The notes: generated by a model not told the origin, from the sequence alone. A DNA stretch of 64,000 nucleotides from an uncultured Gemmatimonadaceae bacterium (GCA_963781585.1 CAWAGQ010000006.1:438084-502083); one strand, 5' to 3'. Shown: positions 47,231-58,104, counted from the stretch's first letter. Numbers and translations are program-made.

Positions 47231-49705
47231 ATGAAGGCGCGAAGCTGGCTCCGGTCGTTCCGCATCGACATCCGTATCGCGCGGCGCGAAAACCGGGCTG
47301 CCTGGTGGGAGCAGCTCGCGCAGGATGTCGTCTTCGCGTGGCGGGGGATTCGCGGCGCGCCCCTGCTGGCCTGCGTCACGGTCCTCACAATTGCGCTCGG
47401 CGTCGGCGCCACCACGGCCGTGTTCACCGTCGCGGACACGCTGATTCTGCGACCCATCGCGTACCTGCACGCCGCTCGCGTGTTCGTCCTGCGTCGCGAG
47501 AGCCCAACGCCCGACGGCTTTCCCCCGGGGCCGATTCCGGCGCAGTCACTCGAGGCGTGGCGGCAAGACGCTCAATCGATCGAAAGGGCGCTCGCGTTTC
47601 AGCCGAGCGGTAGTCGCCTTCTCGTGAACGGCGGGGATACGACGACCGTGCGGGTCGCCTACGTGGAGCGGGGATTCCTCGCGTTCGCCGGCGTGCACCC
47701 GCTGGCCGGCCGCGACTTCACGTCCGAGGAGGTGACCAGCGACGGCCCGCGCGCGGTCGTCCTGGGTGAAGGCATCTGGCGACGCGAGTTCGGTGCGTCG
47801 TCCGACGTAATCGGCAGGACGGTGCGGATCAACTCCCGCCTCTGCACCATCGTCGGCGTTGTTCCGGCATCGTTCACGCTCCCCGACTTCCGGTCCGAAC
47901 GGCCGGACCTGTGGCTGCCGCTTTCGCTCTCATCGCAGGACTTCATGGTCAGCACCGTCGCCGTCCGGCTCAAGCCAGGCGTCTCACGTGAGGCGGCGTC
48001 GGACGAAGCCGCGGCGTACCTGAAGCCGTCCGAGCTCGACGCCCCCTGGAACCGTGACATCCGATGGCGCGTGCGCCTCAGCCGGCCGGACGAGAGCCTG
48101 AAGTTCCGCGAGGCGCTCAAGCTGCTCACCGCTGCCGTGGCGCTCCTCCTCCTGGTGGCATGCGCGAACGTCGCGCACCTCTTTCTCGCGCGTGGCGCGG
48201 CGCGGGAGCGGGAGCTCGCGGTTCGCCGCGCACTCGGCGCCGGGCGCGGTCGCCTGCTCCGCCACCTCGTCACCGAAAGCGTGCTCCTCGCGAGTGTCGG
48301 TGGAGGGATCGCGGCCGCCGTTGCGTGGGCGAGCCTCCGCCTCCTCGCCGCCGCCCGGCCGGCGAGCCTCGTTGCCCTGACCTATCCGTCCGCCGATGCC
48401 AGACTGGTCGCGTTCGCCTCGCTGGCCGCGATTACCGTCGGGCTGGCCGTCGGCGTGATCGCGGCGCTGCGGATCGCCGGCCGCGACGTTGCGCAGTCGC
48501 TGCGGGCGGCGACGGCCATGCACCCCGCGGCAGCACGCTTCCGCAAGTGGATCGTCGTCGGCGAGGTGGGACTCTCCACCACCCTGCTGGTCGGCGCGCT
48601 GCTCCTCATCCACGCGGTCTTCGGCCTCGAGCGGACGCGACTCGGCTTCGACGTGCGCGACCTGTACACCGTAATGTTCCAGGCGCGTCAGGGTGAGACA
48701 CCGGAAAGCCGCGCGGCATTCGCCGCCGCCCTTCGTCAGGCTGCGGAACCGCTGGCGACACCGGGCGACTTCGCCGTGACGGTGACCGGTTTCACCTGGC
48801 TCAGTTCGCGGTTCGACACCCCCGAGCATCCTGCGAGCACGGAGACGCCCGGCGCATCGGTCAGCTTCGTGGGCCCGGACTATTTTGCCATGATGGGCAT
48901 GCCGCTGCTCGCCGGCCGGTCGTTCGACGCGGGGGCGGCGGCGGCGAGCGACGTCGTCATCAGCAGCACCCTCGCGCGGGCTGTCTGGCCAGACGCAAAT
49001 CCGATCGGCCGTCGGTTCCGCAATTCGCGCACGCGGGTGATGACCGGTGCGATGGAACCGTGGCGCACGGTCATCGGCGTGGTGCCCGACGCCGTGAGCA
49101 ACCTGTTGCAGACATCCGGTACGAGCGCCATCTACCAGCCGCTCGACTGGCGGAGCGCGGATGGGAACGTCACGCTGGCCATTCGGCTTCACGGGCCCGA
49201 CGCGATGACGCGACTCGGCCGGCTGGCGGCCGCCGTCAGGCCCGAGCCGCCACGCGGCGTGACCACGCGGATCGAGAACGTGCGGCGGTCCATCGACCAG
49301 TCGGCGGCCGAACCGCGCTTCACCATGCGGGTGCTGGTGACGCTTGCCGCGCTCGGGGTGGTGATGGCGGCGGTCGGGCTCTTCGGCGTCGTCTCCTATG
49401 GTGTGCGGCAGCGGACGCGCGAGATCGGCGTTCGCATGGCGCTTGGCGCGACCCGCTCCGGGATCGCGCGGCTGGTGGTCGGCGAGGGGGTGCGACTGAC
49501 GGTGGGCGGAATCGTGCTTGGCTCGCTCGGTGCGCTGGCGACGTCGTGGCTCCTGCAGGGCATGCTGTACGGCGTCAGCCGCGTCGACCCGTTCGCGTTC
49601 GGCGCCGGCGCGGCGGTACTCCTGGTCGTGACGGTCGTGTCGTGCGTCGTGCCGGTGATGCGCGCAACGAGAATCGACCCGCTCGTGGCCACGCGCAGCG
49701 AGTGA
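47231..49705 (+). CDS. ABC transporter permease, duplicated MacB_PCD/FtsX (ADOP-type orphan permease)
   Basis: QDVVFAWRGIR..P, TIALGVGATTAVF, ACANVAHL..RERELAVRRALGA, VRQRTREIGVRMALGA, RIDPLVATRSE. Confidence 0.92.
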   Translation: MKARSWLRSFRIDIRIARRENRAAWWEQLAQDVVFAWRGIRGAPLLACVTVLTIALGVGATTAVFTVADTLILRPIAYLHAARVFVLRRESPTPDGFPPGPIPAQSLEAWRQDAQSIERALAFQPSGSRLLVNGGDTTTVRVAYVERGFLAFAGVHPLAGRDFTSEEVTSDGPRAVVLGEGIWRREFGASSDVIGRTVRINSRLCTIVGVVPASFTLPDFRSERPDLWLPLSLSSQDFMVSTVAVRLKPGVSREAASDEAAAYLKPSELDAPWNRDIRWRVRLSRPDESLKFREALKLLTAAVALLLLVACANVAHLFLARGAARERELAVRRALGAGRGRLLRHLVTESVLLASVGGGIAAAVAWASLRLLAAARPASLVALTYPSADARLVAFASLAAITVGLAVGVIAALRIAGRDVAQSLRAATAMHPAAARFRKWIVVGEVGLSTTLLVGALLLIHAVFGLERTRLGFDVRDLYTVMFQARQGETPESRAAFAAALRQAAEPLATPGDFAVTVTGFTWLSSRFDTPEHPASTETPGASVSFVGPDYFAMMGMPLLAGRSFDAGAAAASDVVISSTLARAVWPDANPIGRRFRNSRTRVMTGAMEPWRTVIGVVPDAVSNLLQTSGTSAIYQPLDWRSADGNVTLAIRLHGPDAMTRLGRLAAAVRPEPPRGVTTRIENVRRSIDQSAAEPRFTMRVLVTLAALGVVMAAVGLFGVVSYGVRQRTREIGVRMALGATRSGIARLVVGEGVRLTVGGIVLGSLGALATSWLLQGMLYGVSRVDPFAFGAGAAVLLVVTVVSCVVPVMRATRIDPLVATRSE

Positions 49706-49845
49706 CCCTCCGGGCGCTTTGGCGTCGCCCGGATCGCGTTCAGCGGCCCGGGGTCGAACCGGCGGCCGGATCCCAGGTGAAGCTCTACGCGTTCATTGTC
49801 ATTCAGACCGACGGCATTCCCTCTCGGCATGCCGCGAAGGCGCGG

Positions 49846-52590
49846 TCAGGCGTCGCGTTGCTCCGTCAACCCCTCGCCCTTCTCCCCCTCACCGGCATCG
49901 CCGCCGGCCGCCATCCGCTCCGCCAATCGCCCCAGCACCGTGTGCAGGTCGGGCGCCTGGTCCAGCACCGCGGCGTCGGGATCGGATCCGAGTCCCTCCA
50001 TGCGCTCGATCGCCGTCCTGATCGTGTACGCCCGCGGATCGAGCGTATCGTTTACCTCTTCCCACCGGAGCGGCATCGACACCGTCGCCCCCGGCAGCGG
50101 ACGCACGCTGAACGGCGCCACGATCGTCTGGCCGTGCCGATTCTGCAGGTAGTCGAAGTAGACCTTGTCTCCCCGCTTGGTCACATGCCGCACGATGGTC
50201 GCGATGTCGTGCAGATCGCGCAGCACCACCCGCGCCAGCAGCTCGCCTAACGTCCGTGACTGGGCGTAGGTGACCTGCCGGCCCAGTGGAATCAGGATGT
50301 GCAACCCGGTCTTCCCGGTCGTCTTCACGTAGCTCGGCAGCGCGATCGACTGGCACAGGTCCCGCAACACGAGCGCGGTCCGCACCACGTCGGAGAACGG
50401 CGCCTCCTTGGGATCGAGGTCGACCACGCACCAGTCGGGCAGCTCGAGCGAACCCACCCGGCTGGCCCAGATGTGCAGTGGGATCGAGCCGAGGTTCGCC
50501 ACATAGAGCAGCGATTCCACGTCGTCGCAGACGAAATAGCGGATCTCGCGCTGGGTGTCCTCGCTCCAGATCGGTACCGTGCGGATCCACGACGGCGCGA
50601 ACTCCGGCGCGTCCTTCTGATAGAACGATTTGCCCTCGATGCCGTCGGGGAATCGCGTGAGAACGAGCGGACGCTCCCGGAGATACGGCAGCATCCACCG
50701 CGACACCGCGCGGTAGTACTCGATCAGATCGCCCTTGGTGTAGCGCTCGGCCGGCCAGAAGATCTTGTGGAGGTTGGAGAAGGTGACGGTCTTCTCGACC
50801 GGAGGACGCGGTGGCGGGGGAGGGACGTCGGCCGACTCGTCAGGCGGTGCGGCGTCGCGCGGGCGGTCCGCCCGGGACTCCGCGCCGCCGCGGCCGGGGT
50901 CCGTGCCGCCACGGCCGGGGTCTGTGCCGGCGGCGGCCGGCATCCCCGGCTCGGCGCCCGCTGGCGCGCCCCATTGCCGGTCGCAATCCCGAGGCGCCTT
51001 GTCGGTCCGGATCCGGAGGAACGTCGGGTGCCGCAGCAGCCCATCGGGCGTCCATTCGCGGAAGCGCACCTCGCACACGTACACCGGTTCCACCCAGGTC
51101 GTCGTTTTCGTTTCCGGGATTGCGGAGCCGGGTAGCGGCTCGACGCCCGGCGCCGTGACCGGTCCCTCGCACGGCGGTTCGGCGCGCACGATCGGGTCGA
51201 GCATCTCCTTGAGCTCGGCGAGCAATCGGTCGTCGAACCCGGTTCCCGCGCGCCCCGCGTACGCCAGCGATCCGCCGACCATGTCGGCCAGCTGGAGCGC
51301 GCCGAGATGGCTCCGGCCCCCCTTTGGCGCGGTGAATCCGACGATCACGAAGTCGCCGGTGCGGTCCGTCTTGATCTTGACCCACTTGTCGCTCCGGCCG
51401 CCGCGATAAGGGGCGTCGGCGCGCTTGGCGATCGTTCCCTCCAGGCCTAACGCGGCGACCCCCGCCAGGAACCGCTCGCCCTCGCGCTCGATGTGGTCGA
51501 GCGTGCGCACCGGCCCGAGTTTGGGCACCGCCTGCAGCAGGAGCGCCTTCCGGCGCTCGAGCGCGAGCGGTCGCAGATCGAAATCCTCGAACGCCAGCAG
51601 GTCGAACGCGAAGTACGTCGCCGGATACTCCACCGCCGCGTGGCGGATCTCGATCGGCGACGAGAGCCGGCCGCGCTTCTGAAGCCGCGCGAAGCTCGGC
51701 TTCCCCTGCTCGTCCATCACCACCACCTCGCCGTCGAGAATGCACTCGCTCACCGGCAGCGCCTTCACCGCGCGGGCGACCTCGGGGAACACTCCGGTGT
51801 AGTCGTTCCCGTTCCGCGACAGGAGCAGCGCTTCGCCGCGTGCCTTGCTGGCGAGCAGGCGGTAGCCGTCCAGCTTGAGCTCGAACAGCCACCCATCGCG
51901 CGTGAATGCCGCATCGGCCGTCTCGGCGAGCATGAGCTGCACCGACCGCGGATCCACGCGTCCACGCTGCGCGCCGGCCGCTTCCACCGCGGCGCGCAGC
52001 GCGGACGCCGGCGTGCGCCCCTCCTTCACCTCCTCCACCGTCAGCCCCGACAGCACCGACTCCTCGGGGAACTGGTCGCCGGGCTGCCGCACCCACTCGT
52101 CGCGCTCCTTGATGAGGAGCCAGTCGCGCTCGCTCTTCTTGATCTTCACCAGCGTCCACTTGCCGTGCAGCTTGTATCCGCGGAACTCGAACAGCAGCTT
52201 CCCCTTCTCCAGTCCCTGGCGCCAATCCTCCAGCGCGATCCACTCGCCGCGGTCCCAGACGATGATCCCGCCGGCACCGTAGTTGCCCGCGGGAATGATC
52301 CCCTCGAAGTCGCCGTACTCCAGCGGATGATCCTCGACCTTCACCGCCAGCCGCTTGTCGTTGGTGTCGTATGACGGACCCTTGGGCACCGCCCACGACC
52401 TGAGGACGCCGTCCATCTCGAGCCGGAGATCGTAATGCAGCTGCCGCGCCGCGTGCTTGTGGACCACGAACAGGTGCCCGGGGACCGGCGACACCGTCCC
52501 CGTCGGCTCGGGGGACGTGTCGGCCGATCGCTTGGCGCGATACAGGCTCAGGTTGTCGGGCGGTTGTGCCTCGTCCGGACCTGTTGTCAT
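49846..52590 (-). CDS. ligD: NHEJ DNA ligase D (phosphoesterase-ligase-polymerase)
   Basis: KHAARQLHYDLRLE..LRSWAVPKGPS (PE), FELKLDGYR and LDGEVV (ligase), YTKGDLIEYY, RFPDGI, DLDP, KTTGKTGLH (polymerase). Confidence 0.96.
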   Translation of the reverse strand: MTTGPDEAQPPDNLSLYRAKRSADTSPEPTGTVSPVPGHLFVVHKHAARQLHYDLRLEMDGVLRSWAVPKGPSYDTNDKRLAVKVEDHPLEYGDFEGIIPAGNYGAGGIIVWDRGEWIALEDWRQGLEKGKLLFEFRGYKLHGKWTLVKIKKSERDWLLIKERDEWVRQPGDQFPEESVLSGLTVEEVKEGRTPASALRAAVEAAGAQRGRVDPRSVQLMLAETADAAFTRDGWLFELKLDGYRLLASKARGEALLLSRNGNDYTGVFPEVARAVKALPVSECILDGEVVVMDEQGKPSFARLQKRGRLSSPIEIRHAAVEYPATYFAFDLLAFEDFDLRPLALERRKALLLQAVPKLGPVRTLDHIEREGERFLAGVAALGLEGTIAKRADAPYRGGRSDKWVKIKTDRTGDFVIVGFTAPKGGRSHLGALQLADMVGGSLAYAGRAGTGFDDRLLAELKEMLDPIVRAEPPCEGPVTAPGVEPLPGSAIPETKTTTWVEPVYVCEVRFREWTPDGLLRHPTFLRIRTDKAPRDCDRQWGAPAGAEPGMPAAAGTDPGRGGTDPGRGGAESRADRPRDAAPPDESADVPPPPPRPPVEKTVTFSNLHKIFWPAERYTKGDLIEYYRAVSRWMLPYLRERPLVLTRFPDGIEGKSFYQKDAPEFAPSWIRTVPIWSEDTQREIRYFVCDDVESLLYVANLGSIPLHIWASRVGSLELPDWCVVDLDPKEAPFSDVVRTALVLRDLCQSIALPSYVKTTGKTGLHILIPLGRQVTYAQSRTLGELLARVVLRDLHDIATIVRHVTKRGDKVYFDYLQNRHGQTIVAPFSVRPLPGATVSMPLRWEEVNDTLDPRAYTIRTAIERMEGLGSDPDAAVLDQAPDLHTVLGRLAERMAAGGDAGEGEKGEGLTEQRDA

Positions 52591-52636
52591 ACTTGATGCG
52601 AGTCGTTCACGCCTTTCCACCCTCCCGGCTCATCCT

Positions 52637-53449
52637 ATGCCTGCCCGATCAATCGCCACTGCCACCATCTCGTTCGGACTCGTTTCGGTCCCGGTGGACC
52701 TGTATTCGTCCGCGGAATCCAAGGCCAGCGTGTCGTTCAATATGCTCCACAAGAAATGCGGCACGCGCCTCAAGCAGCAGTACATCTGCCCGAAGGACAA
52801 CGAAGTCGTCACCCGTGACGACACCGTCAAGGGCTACGAGTTCGCCAAGGACCAGTACGTCGTGCTGTCGCCGGAAGAGCTGAAGGCGCTCGAAGAGAAG
52901 GCCACTGCGATGATCGACGTGCTCGAGTTCGTCCCCCTGTCCGAGGTCGATCGCGAATACGTCGACAAAGTGTACTACCTCGGACCGGCCAAGGGAGGCG
53001 ATCGGGCCTACCGCCTCCTGGTGGCTGCCCTCAAGGAGAGCGGTCGGGCCGGGCTGGGGCAGTACGCCGCCCGGGGACGCCAGTACCTGGTGCTCCTGCG
53101 CCCCCTGAATGACGTCCTGGTGATGGAGCAGCTGCATTACGCCGAGGAAGTGCGGCCGCCGAGCGAGGTGCCCATTCCCGCCGGCGAAGTGAAGCCGGCC
53201 GAGCTGAAGCTGGCGATGCAGCTCATCGACCAGACGGCGAACGACGAGTTCCAGCCGGAGAAGTACCGCGACACCGTGCGCGAGCGGGTGCTCGATGCCA
53301 TCCAGCAGAAGGTGGACGGCCAGGAGATCACCGCCGAGGCGGCGCCGGCGGCCGGAGCGAAGATTTTGGATCTGATGGATGCGCTCAAGGCGAGTCTCGC
53401 CGCCGCGCCGGCGGAGGAGAAGAGAGAGAAGGGGCGCAAGGCCTCGTGA
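52637..53449 (+). CDS. ku: NHEJ DNA-end-binding protein Ku
   Basis: ARSIATATISFGLVSVPVDLYS, VKGYEFAKDQYV, YYLGP, F.PEKYRD, LMDALKASL; divergent from ligD. Confidence 0.96.
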   Translation: MPARSIATATISFGLVSVPVDLYSSAESKASVSFNMLHKKCGTRLKQQYICPKDNEVVTRDDTVKGYEFAKDQYVVLSPEELKALEEKATAMIDVLEFVPLSEVDREYVDKVYYLGPAKGGDRAYRLLVAALKESGRAGLGQYAARGRQYLVLLRPLNDVLVMEQLHYAEEVRPPSEVPIPAGEVKPAELKLAMQLIDQTANDEFQPEKYRDTVRERVLDAIQQKVDGQEITAEAAPAAGAKILDLMDALKASLAAAPAEEKREKGRKAS

Positions 53450-54153
53450 GGCTCCTCGCCGGCACCAGCGGCTTCGCGTTCAAAGAGTGGAAAGGGTCGT
53501 TCTATCCGGAAGATCTCAAGGACGACCAGATGCTGGCGTTCTACGCCGGGAAGCTTCCGACGGTCGAGATCAACAACACCTTCTACCGCCTTCCCAAGGA
53601 GCACGTGCTCCTCGAATGGGCGGCGCAGGTGCCGGAGTCGTTCACCTTCGCCATCAAGGCGAGCCAGCGCATCACACATCACGCGCGGCTCAAGGCCGAG
53701 AGCGCCGGCCCCCTGGAGTTCCTGCTCAAGAACACGGCCGTGCTGGGGAGCCGGCTCGGCGCGATTCTCTTTCAGCTCCCGCCCAATCTGAAGAAGGACG
53801 TCCCGCGCCTGAGCGCGTTCCTCGCCATGCTCCCGGCCGATCGGCGCTTCACGATCGAGTTCCGGAACGACACCTGGTTCGACGACGAGGTCTTCGCGGC
53901 GCTCCGCGCGCGCGACATTGCGCTGTGTGTGACCGAGCAGCCCGAGTTTGCTTCCCCGGTCGTTTCGACGGCGACGTGGGGTTATGCACGCCTGCACCGA
54001 CTGGACTACGGCGAAGCGGAGCTGGTGGAGTGGGCGAAGAAGATCGCCGCGCAGTCGTGGACCGATGCCTACGTATACTTCAAGCACGACGAAGGCGGGG
54101 GCTCTGGTCCGCCGGCGGTCGGTGCGTTCGCGAAAGCGTTCAGCGAACGCTGA
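53446..54153 (+). CDS. DUF72 (YecE-like) family protein
   Basis: GTSGF..KEWKGSFYP, TVEINNTFYRLP, LFQLPP, EFRN.TW, YARLH, YVYFKH. Confidence 0.92.
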   Translation: MRLLAGTSGFAFKEWKGSFYPEDLKDDQMLAFYAGKLPTVEINNTFYRLPKEHVLLEWAAQVPESFTFAIKASQRITHHARLKAESAGPLEFLLKNTAVLGSRLGAILFQLPPNLKKDVPRLSAFLAMLPADRRFTIEFRNDTWFDDEVFAALRARDIALCVTEQPEFASPVVSTATWGYARLHRLDYGEAELVEWAKKIAAQSWTDAYVYFKHDEGGGSGPPAVGAFAKAFSER

Positions 54154-54334
54154 CGGCGAGCAAATAGTGCTGGCCGTTGTCAGCGATCAGCTGCCAGCGC
54201 ACAAGTAGAGCTTTCCGTTATCAGGGATCAGCTGTCGGACGGGAAGACGAATGAACGGTGGCTCTCCTCTGATCGCCGTCCACTGACAGCCATCCGCTGC
54301 AAGCCTTACTTACCTGCTCATCGCTGACATCTGA

Positions 54335-55027
54335 TCACCGGCTTCTCTTGTCCGCTGCCGGCGGCAAGCCGCCGACCCACCTCGCGCTCGCTTCGGCGAT
54401 TCCGTCCACCACCTCCGCATCCGTCCGCCCCGACGACTTCAGCACGTGAAAGCCGTGGTCGGCGCCCTCGATCCAGTGCATCTCCCAGCTCGTATTCACT
54501 GATTGCAGCGCGCGCTCCATCAACGCCCTGGTGCACAGGTTGTCGCGCGTGCCGCAGAAGCACAGCACCGGCATGCGGAGCTGCGGCAGGTGCGCATCGC
54601 GCAGCTTCTCCGGCCGTCCCGCCGGATGCAGCGGATACGCGAGCAGCAGGAGCCCGTCCGCCGCGAAGCCATCTGCAGCCAGCATCGACGCGGCGCGGCC
54701 GCCCATCGAGCGTCCCCCGATGATGAGACGCGACGATGGGTGTTCCGTTCTGGTGCGCGTGACCACGGCGGCGAAGGTCTCCATGAGCTTCGGCATGGGA
54801 TCCGGCCGCGCGCTCTTCCGCTCGCGGTAGAGGAAGTTGAATCGCACCACGCCGACTCCGCGCGTGCGCAGCGCGTTGGCTATGGCGACCATGGCGCGGT
54901 CGAACATGTTACCGCCCGCTCCGTGCGCACAGACGAAGACCGCGGTCTCCGGCCCTGTCGTGGGCGCCTCGTACAGCGCGGTCGTCTCACTCTCACCGAC
55001 AGCGACCTTCCACGTTTCCGCGCTCAT
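54335..55027 (-). CDS. Alpha/beta hydrolase
   Basis: AHGAGG, GGRSMGGR nucleophile elbow, YPLHP, GTRD, GADHGF. Confidence 0.9.
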   Translation of the reverse strand: MSAETWKVAVGESETTALYEAPTTGPETAVFVCAHGAGGNMFDRAMVAIANALRTRGVGVVRFNFLYRERKSARPDPMPKLMETFAAVVTRTRTEHPSSRLIIGGRSMGGRAASMLAADGFAADGLLLLAYPLHPAGRPEKLRDAHLPQLRMPVLCFCGTRDNLCTRALMERALQSVNTSWEMHWIEGADHGFHVLKSSGRTDAEVVDGIAEASARWVGGLPPAADKRSR

Positions 55028-58000
55028 GGCTCCTCCTCGCGCTGGTCTCCGGCCTCCGTCCGCTGGACGCTGGACTGTGGACTGTGGACTCCGTTCTCCG
55101 GATTCTGGCCTGCAGGCTCCAGTCCCAGCCCCATCTCATCCAGAAACCGGTGACCCCCGGTGGACTTGCCGCCGCGCACCGCGGCGTGCGTCAGCACCAG
55201 CCGGTCTATCGTTCGCGTCATGCCGACGTACAACAGCCGGCGCGCCTCCTCGATCTCCTCCGGTCTGGGCCCCGATGTCGGAGAACCGCCCGGCAGCTGC
55301 GCGTCCTCGGCCCCCACGATGTACACCCGCGAGAACTCGAGGCCCTTGGTGGAATGGAGGGTGAGCAGATTCACCGCCTCGCGCTCGGGCTCGAGTCCGT
55401 CCCATTTCGAGAGCGCGACGCGCTCCAGAAAGCACGATAGTTGTTCATCGAGCGGGCCCTCCGGAATTCCGGCGAGGAGCCGGCGCAATCGCGCCATCAC
55501 CGCGGGGTAGCGCTCGTCGGCGGTCTTCTCGGCGCGGATCTTGGCCATCAGTTGCACCCCGCCCAGCCGCTCGATGACTTCCTCCACCCCGGGGATGGAG
55601 AGATCGTCGACCGCTTCGCGCTCGTACCACTCGAGCGCTCCGCTGTATCGCCCGAGCGCGAACGGGCGCGCGAGGTCGCGAAACAGTCGCGCCTCCGCGC
55701 ACAGGGACTGGTCGGGACAGAGCGCGAGCGCGACGCCCAGGTGGCCCAGCAGGCCGGAGAGCGCGGTCTTGCGCGCACGCGCGAGCTTCATCGCGTCGAG
55801 CCTGAGGAGCACGTGCGCAAGCGTCCTCGAATCGTCGAGCGCGCGATGTGACCGGCCCGGCGCGACGCCGAATCGGCCGGCCAGGTTGGGCAGGCTGCAA
55901 CTGGTGGACAGCAGGTCGCGCGCCAGCGGGAGCGAGTCGAAGGTGCAGAGGTCGAACGTGGCGCCGGTCCCATGCACCATACGCCGCAGAACCGGGAAGT
56001 CGAAGTCGTAGCCGTTGTGTGCGACGATTACATCGTCGCCGCAGAAGTCCCGGAACGACTGCCACACCTGCACAAACCGTGGTGCGTCGGCGACGTCGGC
56101 GTCGGTAATGCCGTGAGTTCCGGCGGCGCCTGCCGAGATCGGTAGGTCCGGCCGCACCAGCGAGTCGAACTCGTCGTCGATCTTTCCGCTGCGCACCCGC
56201 ACCGCCGCGATTTCGACAACCTCGTCCCGCCGACGGTCGTTGCCGGTCGTCTCGACGTCGATCGCGGTGAAATTCGTGAATGCCGCGTCCCCCTCTCCCA
56301 TCTCCATCAGTTGCGCCGCCTTGAACACGCCGAGGGCGAGCCCCACCGACGGCACCTCGTCAGGCGCGACGCGCGCCACATCCCCCGCACCGATCCCACG
56401 CCCATCACCATCAGGCGGCATGTCTCCGCGCACCGCGTTCACCCCGATGTCCGTCAGCAGTCCCACCAGCGCAATCTCGGCGCCGCCGATCGGGGGAATC
56501 CAGACCGGCGCGCGACGCGCCCGTGCTTCGCGCAACCGCGTCGCCAGGGCAACGACATCGGGCAGCGATGCCGGATCGCTCACTTCGTCGTGACGATCGT
56601 CGAGCACCGAACGCAGCTTCCCCACACGCCGGGACAGCAGCTCCTGCACGAGCGCTGCCAGCGATGCGTGCTGCCTTCGCGCCGCATTGAGATTCCTCCG
56701 GTCGGCCAGGGCCCGACGGATCTGCCGCGCGTTCTCGTCGCCGCGCGGGAGCCGGGCCGCCATCCGGTCGAGCTGCTGCCGCAGCGTGACTCCGCGCTCG
56801 TCGGCTTTCGCCTGCGCCTCGTCGTACAGCGGCCGGGGCAGCACCACCCGGAACAGGCCATCGTCGTGCAGATCGTCCGAGGGGTCCGCGATCACCCGGA
56901 GGGCGGCGATCACGTACGCCACCACCGGGTCGTCGCCCAGCGCGCGCCCCTGCGGAAGCCGGCACGGAATGCCCGCGGTGATGAAGGCCGCTTCCAGCCG
57001 GTCGCCGATCTCGTGCTTCCGGTAGAGCAGCGCCACGTCGCCCCAGCGATGCCCGTGCGCCTCCTGGTCGCGCCGCACGTCGTCCACCAGCCAGGGTGCC
57101 TCGTCGTCATCGCTGGCAAACCCCATCGTCCGGATGGGAAAGGCGGACACGCGGCTCGCGCGCGGCACCACGCGGTCGTCGAAGATGGGCGCATTGATCG
57201 CGATCAGCGTGCGCGCGAGCGCGAACACGTCCTGCGGGCAGCGACGGTTCTCCTCGAGATGGATCCGCGTCGCGATGCCGAATTCATTGACGAAGCTCCG
57301 GAACACGACCGGATCGGCCCCCGCCCAGGAGTAGATCGACTGCTCGTCGTCGCCCACCGCGAACACATGCCGATGATCGCGCGCCAGCTCGCGGATGACC
57401 CGGTACTGCACGGGATTGAGATCCTGGAACTCGTCCACCAGCACCACGTCCCACTGCGCGCGCACCGCCGCCGCGGCGTTGGTGCCCTCGAGCAGTTCGG
57501 CCGCCCTGATGACCAGCAGGTCGAAGTCCAGCACGTTCCGGCCGGCCAGGAATCGCTCGTACTGGTCGAACAGGGCGGCGTCGTTGGGGAGCAGTGGCTC
57601 GTCGCGGAATCGATGCGCCGAGAAGCGGGTGAGGGTGTTGCGGTGCCAGCGTCGCGGCCCTTCGATGCGCCGCAGGGCGCCAAGCTGATACTCCTCGTCG
57701 GCGATGCCGAACCCCGGGTCGAGGTCGATCAGTGGAGCGTGGCGGCGGAGCAGATCGGCGCAGAACGCATGAATCGTCCCTCGTGTGATCCGCTCGACCG
57801 CCGGACCCAGCCGCTTCTCCAGCCGGTGCGCGATCTCACCCGCCGCCTTGTTGGTGAAGGTAAAGGCGCAGATGCGCGCGGGATCGAATCCGTGGCGCTC
57901 CACCAGGAACCCGATGCGTTCGATAAGACAATAGGTCTTGCCGGCGCCGGGCCCGGCCAGCACGAGGAGTGCATGCGGGTCGGCCTCGATGGCGCGCTGT

Positions 58001-58104
58001 TGCGAGGGCGACGGCGTGCCGGCCGGACCCGCGGCGGTCGGAGGCACGCCTCCGGCCGCGGTGGCCGCGGACGAGGACATTGCCGCGGCGACGTTACCGG
58101 TCAT
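55024..58104 (-). CDS. UvrD/PcrA-family helicase with inserted DEDDh 3'-5' exonuclease domain
   Basis: AGPGAGKT, TFTNKAA, VDEFQD, VGDDEQSIY, TLHSTKGLEF, EARRLLYVGMTR; internal IDVETTG..AHNGYDFD..HRALDD. Confidence 0.9.
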   Translation of the reverse strand: MTGNVAAAMSSSAATAAGGVPPTAAGPAGTPSPSQQRAIEADPHALLVLAGPGAGKTYCLIERIGFLVERHGFDPARICAFTFTNKAAGEIAHRLEKRLGPAVERITRGTIHAFCADLLRRHAPLIDLDPGFGIADEEYQLGALRRIEGPRRWHRNTLTRFSAHRFRDEPLLPNDAALFDQYERFLAGRNVLDFDLLVIRAAELLEGTNAAAAVRAQWDVVLVDEFQDLNPVQYRVIRELARDHRHVFAVGDDEQSIYSWAGADPVVFRSFVNEFGIATRIHLEENRRCPQDVFALARTLIAINAPIFDDRVVPRASRVSAFPIRTMGFASDDDEAPWLVDDVRRDQEAHGHRWGDVALLYRKHEIGDRLEAAFITAGIPCRLPQGRALGDDPVVAYVIAALRVIADPSDDLHDDGLFRVVLPRPLYDEAQAKADERGVTLRQQLDRMAARLPRGDENARQIRRALADRRNLNAARRQHASLAALVQELLSRRVGKLRSVLDDRHDEVSDPASLPDVVALATRLREARARRAPVWIPPIGGAEIALVGLLTDIGVNAVRGDMPPDGDGRGIGAGDVARVAPDEVPSVGLALGVFKAAQLMEMGEGDAAFTNFTAIDVETTGNDRRRDEVVEIAAVRVRSGKIDDEFDSLVRPDLPISAGAAGTHGITDADVADAPRFVQVWQSFRDFCGDDVIVAHNGYDFDFPVLRRMVHGTGATFDLCTFDSLPLARDLLSTSCSLPNLAGRFGVAPGRSHRALDDSRTLAHVLLRLDAMKLARARKTALSGLLGHLGVALALCPDQSLCAEARLFRDLARPFALGRYSGALEWYEREAVDDLSIPGVEEVIERLGGVQLMAKIRAEKTADERYPAVMARLRRLLAGIPEGPLDEQLSCFLERVALSKWDGLEPEREAVNLLTLHSTKGLEFSRVYIVGAEDAQLPGGSPTSGPRPEEIEEARRLLYVGMTRTIDRLVLTHAAVRGGKSTGGHRFLDEMGLGLEPAGQNPENGVHSPQSSVQRTEAGDQREEEP

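Noticed and set aside
50884..50925. 21-bp tandem duplication (TDPGRGG x2) in ligD
   Set aside because: In-frame expansion in a low-complexity interdomain linker; unremarkable.
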